From Mantamonas sphyraenae STR306 (Eukaryota > Protista > CRuMs), in contig JAPMXV010000052.1 in the NCBI GenBank assembly GCA_026936335.1, positions 310,001 through 374,000 on the forward strand: a stretch of 64,000 nucleotides of DNA, read 5' to 3'. The notes beneath the pieces were generated by a model. That model saw only the letters and a program-made list of their open reading frames with translations, had not been told where the DNA came from and searched no databases. The position numbers were made by a program, and so were the translations under genes. Positions within the stretch are counted from its first letter, which is position 1. Each line of letters opens with the position of its first letter. This document shows, one piece after another, positions 59,218 through 64,000 of this stretch.

Positions 59218-60552
59218 ATGTCTTCGACAAGCACTGGAATCAAGGAGTGGATGGAAGGACTGACTGTGGCGGACCTGCCGCTGCCGGAGAAGGACATCCT
59301 GGTGGTGTACCCGGAGGAGACCGTGCAGAAAGTGATTACGTCGTTGTTTGAGAACGGTGTGCTGAGCCTGCCGGTGGTGAAGAGCGAGGATGACCACACG
59401 GTGTTGGGCATGATCGATCGCCGTGACCTGAGCGACTTTCTGGTGGCGTGTGTGGACAAGGCGGCCGACGGCAAGGACGCGCGCAGCATCAACCCGCAGG
59501 CGGTGTCGACCCACTTTTTCACTGAGACGGCCGAGTCCCTGATGAGTAGGTTGAGCGAACATGAATTGCAGTGGCCCGTGCGCACACAGAACGATGCATG
59601 CGTGTGGCAGGGATGCAGTGGGCCATGGTGCGGGCGATGGAAACACCTGTAGAGCCGTGAAGCGGACCGGAAAGCACGCGTGAAGATTCGCGAAGATTTC
59701 CCTCTTTGTGCTGAAGAGTCCCCAGACAGCTGACACAACGGGGCCAACAGACTTTTCGGAGCGGGACCCGCTGGAAACGGTGCAGATGGACACTCCCATG
59801 CTGGATGTGGTGGACAAGCTGGCTAGCGGCGTGCACCGTGTGGCCGTTGTGGATGACGACAACAAACTGGTTTCTGTGTGCTCCCAGAGCGCCATGATCC
59901 ACTTCCTGAGCAAGAACATGAAGGAACTGGGCGAATTGGCCGACAGCACCGTGGACGAGCTCAAGATTGGTCACATTGGCGACGTCTTTGTGGTGGAGAA
60001 CACCGAGACGGCCATCAATGCCTTCCGCATGCTGAAGGACAAGGGGTAGGTCTCACGCGGGCAGATGGTGCATGGGGACTGGGAGGATATGTGGGAAGCA
60101 CGATAGGGATGGTGGTGGGAGGGAGTGGGATCCCAAAGGGGGTGAGCGTTTGATTGGGCGTAGACTGACTCGCGCAAGCACACACGCATGCACGCACACG
60201 CACACACACATTGGCCGGTCACACACATAGCATTTCGTCGATTGGCCTGACGGACGAGAACGGCATCCTGCTGGGTGCTGTGGGATCGTCGGACTTGAAG
60301 GGCATCATCCCCAACTACGACGTGACGCCGATCCTGCTGAACGTGCAGAAGTACGTGAACATGATCAAGTCGTGGAGTGTGGAGGACATGGCCCCGAGCG
60401 TAGACTGTACGACGTCGACGAAGCTGTCGCGTGTGATCATGAAGCTGGAGGCCACCAACGTGCACCGTCTGTTTGTGATTGACGCCAAGATGCAGCCCAT
60501 CGGACTGATCTCGCTTACCGACGTGATCAAAGCTGTCAAGAACAACCTGTGA
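59218..60552 (+). CDS. Four-CBS-domain protein (AMPK-gamma/SDS23-like), multi-exon
   Basis: ENGVLSLPVV..GMIDRRD, GVHRVAVVD..SQSAMI, SSIGLTD..SSDLKG, VHRLFVID..IGLISLTDVI. Confidence 0.85.
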
Positions 60553-60657
60553 GCGGCCTAGTTGAGGTTGGCAGGTGTGAGGGTTGGATGCACACACACA
60601 CAATGAAAACCACAGCAGCGCGCCACGCTGCAAGCAAAAAAGCCACCAAACGCGCGG

Positions 60658-61657
60658 ATGAGCATCGAGGCAGAGGGGCCGCTGGACATTGTGCGCGTGT
60701 TTGCGGGCCTGTTTGTGCATGCCACTCAGATGTACCTCAAGGTGAACGAGGAGGAGCTGACCAAGAGCCGAAAGACTCGGATCCCAAAGGAGATGGACAA
60801 GTGGCTGGTAGAGATGCTGCCGCAATGGTTGGAGGGAGTTGGACTGGCTGAGGATGCGCTGAGTGCAGACGAGGTGCACCAGTGGTACACAGAGAACTCC
60901 GAAGGTGGGTTGTGCAGGATGTGTGAGCTGGTGCGGGGAGCAGGACGGATTTGGCGCCAAAAACGTCAGGGCCGGGCGCTGACACGGAGCCGCAGAGGTG
61001 GAGATGGTGTTGAACAGCACAGCAGAGGAGGCAGACATGGTGAACGAAGTGGAAGTGGAGGATGCAACCCTTGAAGAGGAGGACAATGACGATGCAGAGG
61101 AGCAGGGAGAGGACAGCGAGTTGGCGGCGGCGGTGGCGAGTGCCAAGGAGAAGCTTAGGAAGCGGGCGGCTCGTGTGGAAGCCAGCAGGAAGGAGGTTGT
61201 GGAGCAGCATACAAACACAGTGCGGGTGGCGCTGGAGGAGCAGCAGGCTCTGTTTGCAGAGTATATGCGGCAGCTGGCCGAGAGCGTGGCCACCGATCCG
61301 GAGCTGAGCGCACACGTCGAGGAAGCCAGCACGGCAGGCAACCGCAAGGGCAAGGGCAACCAGTTGCACAGGGTGATTGGAAACGTCCTCAAGACTGTCC
61401 AGCAGCTGGACGACGATGTGGAGAGCAACCTGGCCAAGACCAGCGACACAGTGGCCGCCGTCAAGGAACTGGTGCGCCAAAGCAAGGCCGAAAAGGCACA
61501 GGAGCGTGTCAAGGCCTCCAAAAAGGCAGCCAAATGGGCTGTGGACGACACGCCGGACGCAGACACACAGGCAACGCAGTCGGGCAAGCTTGTGTCCAGG
61601 AGCAACATTGTGCAGAAGATCACGCGCACCAAACCGTACGGCCGGACCAAGAAATGA
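60658..61657 (+). CDS. Hypothetical protein (2 exons; acidic and coiled-coil)
   Basis: ORFs 60658-61074 and 60998-61657 can be joined by a GT..AG intron at ~60905-60996. No recognisable motif. Confidence 0.5.
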
Positions 61658-61726
61658 TGGAGGGGGTGAGGGGGTGAGGTGAGGGGGGGTTCAAGGGGAA
61701 CAACAGCAGACATTGTTCATCGTGAT

Positions 61727-64000
61727 TCAGCCTCGCGCCTTCCACCACGTGCGTAGCGACTGCAGGAGAGCCACATCATCCTTGTCATCGTCGTCATCGT
61801 CGTTGTCGTCCTGGGCTAGCGAAGTGAGCAAGACGGCGAGGTCTTGCTGTCGCTGTCGCAGGCGGAGGGTGTGGGACATGGCGTAGGCCTGGTGCAGGAC
61901 CTCGTTGGGCAAACCGGCCATTTTGGCAACGGTGGTACCAAAGCTGTGTGGACACACACCGGGTGCAAGTTTGTAGAGAAAGGTGACAGTCTGCATGCGC
62001 ATGGCCGAGTCCTCTTCCTCCTGGTCCTGTTCCTGGGGATCATCTTGCAGGTAGGACACGTGGTAGTTTGCCACGCGGCCGGGATACTCCTCCTCCAGTG
62101 CGGCCAGCAACGGGTAATGGGTAACAAAGAGGGTGGCGCAGCCCAGGTCGCGGATCATGTGCTGTGCGTAGGCGTAGGCGATGGCTGTGCCATCGTGTGT
62201 GGATGTGCCCCGCCCCAGTTCGTCCAGGATGACCAGGGAGCGCTCTGTGGCCTGGCTGGCAATGTTGGACGCCTCTGCAAGCTCCACCATGAAAGTGCTC
62301 TGGCCACGTGCCAAGTCGTCCGAGGCACCCATGCGCACAAAGACGCCATCAAAGACGCCGAGCTCAGCACTTGAGGCGGGCACAAACGAGCCAATTTGGG
62401 CCATGACCACCAGCAAACCAACCATGCGGATGTATGAGCTCTTGCCACCCATGTTGGGCCCCGTGATGAGGCGGAACTGTTCGCCGTCGGCGTCGTCCAT
62501 GCACATGTGGACGTCGTTGGGCACAAAGGGCGTGGTGAGCACACTCTCGATGACAGGGTGCCTCCCGTCGCGGATGACCAGCTTGCGCTCGTCCACCATC
62601 GTGGGACGCACGTAGCCATTCTCCGAAGCGACGTGGGCCAGTGAAAACAAACAGTCCAGGTTGGCCAGGCACAGGCAGATCTCACGGAACAGGTGGTAGT
62701 TCTGTGCAAACTCGCTGATGAGGTCGTCCCACGCCTGTTTGCAGGCCAGCATGAGTTTCTCCTTGTGCACTTCGCGCCGTTTGACCAGTTTGCTGATCAG
62801 CGGGCTGTGGAACCGATGTAGCCGCTTGGTGGCACCGACCTTGAGCCAGTCCTTGGGGATGCGAGGCAACTGCATTTTGGTCACTTCGACCAAGTATTCG
62901 TCCAGGAGCACGGTGCGGTATTGCAGATCAGGCAATCCCACAATCTCGCGCACCTCGTCCAGGTGCTCGTCCAGCGCTTGTTCGCACTCGGCAATGCCTG
63001 CCAGCTGTGTCTGCACCTCGGAAAGCTCCAGGTTGTGTCGGAAGAGGTCCTGCATCTTGTCCTGGCGCGCTGCATGGCTATCGAATCGTGTGAGGTACTC
63101 GCGCGCCAATTTGACAGCCTCTGGGTTCGCTCGGATGATTGTGGTCAACAGGCTGCTCTGGATGCCACTGCCGTTGTTGTTGTGCCGCATGCTGCCAGAC
63201 ACCTGCTCCAGTCTGTTTCCGATGTCGGCAAAGGTTTCAAGCAGCGTGAGAAACTCGCTGGGCGTCGATTTGCGATAAAAGGCGTTTGCCAGGCTGCGTT
63301 CCAGGTCCAACTTGTTGGATTGCAACATGGCCTGCAGCGCATGGAAGCGCGAGTCGCTGTCCATCTTTGTGCAGATTTCGCTGACTGCGTCGAGGCGCTC
63401 GTTTATGCGAGACTTGTCGATGAGGGGTCGCGTGACCCATCGCCGCAGCTGCCGCGCACCATAAGGCGTGCATGTGTGGTCCAGCTTCCATAGCAGCGAG
63501 CCGTACGTGTTTGCCGAGCTGCTGGAGGATACGCTGAGCCACGAGCCGGTGCTCCAGTTGCTCCTGTCTGTGCTCTGCACGATCTCCAGATTGTACAAGG
63601 TATTTGCGTTGAATTTCATCGCCGCGGCGTCGGTGAGACAGGAAAGATTGCTGCTCAAACGCAGGATGGCCTCCAGGTCGAAGCGCTGCAGGTATTGGAT
63701 GAGGACGTGAAAGCAGCCCAACACCGCCGCAGGCAGGTGCATCACGTCGACTACAGACGGCCCTTGCTGGCTGCTTCCCGCAGCGTCATTGTCATCTTCC
63801 TCACCGTCAGCTTCGCGGAAAAAGGCCAGCACGCGCGAATGGCCTGAACCGTCGCGAAAGTCGCTGGATGGCACGGGATGACGCTGCACAGCGGCACGGT
63901 CAAAGCCTCCTGGGGCGTTCTTTGCACGCAGCACGGCTGCGTCCAAACACTTGCTTGTCTGTACACTGAGATTATCAGCCACAAGAAGCTCGCTGATCTC
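61727..64000 (-). CDS. MSH3: MutS homolog 3 (5'-partial)
   Basis: GSLLWKLDHTCTPYGARQLRRWV, GATKRLHRFHSP, ITGPNMGGKSSYIR, DELGRGTSTHDG.AIAYA, TLFVTHYP. Confidence 0.9.
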   Translation of the reverse strand, partial: EISELLVADNLSVQTSKCLDAAVLRAKNAPGGFDRAAVQRHPVPSSDFRDGSGHSRVLAFFREADGEEDDNDAAGSSQQGPSVVDVMHLPAAVLGCFHVLIQYLQRFDLEAILRLSSNLSCLTDAAAMKFNANTLYNLEIVQSTDRSNWSTGSWLSVSSSSSANTYGSLLWKLDHTCTPYGARQLRRWVTRPLIDKSRINERLDAVSEICTKMDSDSRFHALQAMLQSNKLDLERSLANAFYRKSTPSEFLTLLETFADIGNRLEQVSGSMRHNNNGSGIQSSLLTTIIRANPEAVKLAREYLTRFDSHAARQDKMQDLFRHNLELSEVQTQLAGIAECEQALDEHLDEVREIVGLPDLQYRTVLLDEYLVEVTKMQLPRIPKDWLKVGATKRLHRFHSPLISKLVKRREVHKEKLMLACKQAWDDLISEFAQNYHLFREICLCLANLDCLFSLAHVASENGYVRPTMVDERKLVIRDGRHPVIESVLTTPFVPNDVHMCMDDADGEQFRLITGPNMGGKSSYIRMVGLLVVMAQIGSFVPASSAELGVFDGVFVRMGASDDLARGQSTFMVELAEASNIASQATERSLVILDELGRGTSTHDGTAIAYAYAQHMIRDLGCATLFVTHYPLLAALEEEYPGRVANYHVSYLQDDPQEQDQEEEDSAMRMQTVTFLYKLAPGVCPHSFGTTVAKMAGLPNEVLHQAYAMSHTLRLRQRQQDLAVLLTSLAQDDNDDDDDDKDDVALLQSLRTWWKARG

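Noticed and set aside
171-63984. Numerous long antisense/alternate-frame ORFs (e.g. 2466-4388, 31512-32900, 36182-37795, 59971-61713)
   Set aside because: Shadow ORFs expected from high GC and codon bias opposite recognisable genes; no motifs.

Overview
Gene-dense, GC-rich eukaryotic (protist-like) DNA with GT-AG introns and very short intergenic gaps; delta-tubulin suggests a centriole/flagellum-bearing organism. Host genes in order: a multi-TM degenerate nucleotide-cyclase-like gene (3'-partial), an ankyrin protein, TMEM181, FEN1, UVRAG, two convergent LCCL/F-box-like paralogues, delta-tubulin, an M1 aminopeptidase, XPO1/CRM1, SLC35B3, two VPS54 paralogues flanking an F-BAR-SH3-SH3 gene, a bacterial-type alpha-2-macroglobulin-like gene, BTB-BACK-MATH, ankyrin-OTU, an SLC17-like MFS transporter, BOLA3, a CBS protein, a hypothetical protein and MSH3 (5'-partial). 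The standout is a 6,626-bp mobile element (16355-22980) flanked by TA on both sides. It interrupts the second LCCL gene, and removing it restores a perfect 738-aa frame. It encodes a giant (~1,900-2,100 aa), probably spliced, Fanzor/TnpB-type RuvC nuclease. An N-terminal USP/papain-like cysteine protease module and a paired-like HTH lie upstream, a triplicated basic tail lies at the C-terminus, and a structured 105-nt 3' end is the likely omegaRNA, whose flank-derived guide would target the empty allele. All calls are by eye from motifs, with no searches run. Exon boundaries are approximate unless stated, and about 10 host frameshifts probably reflect assembly indels.
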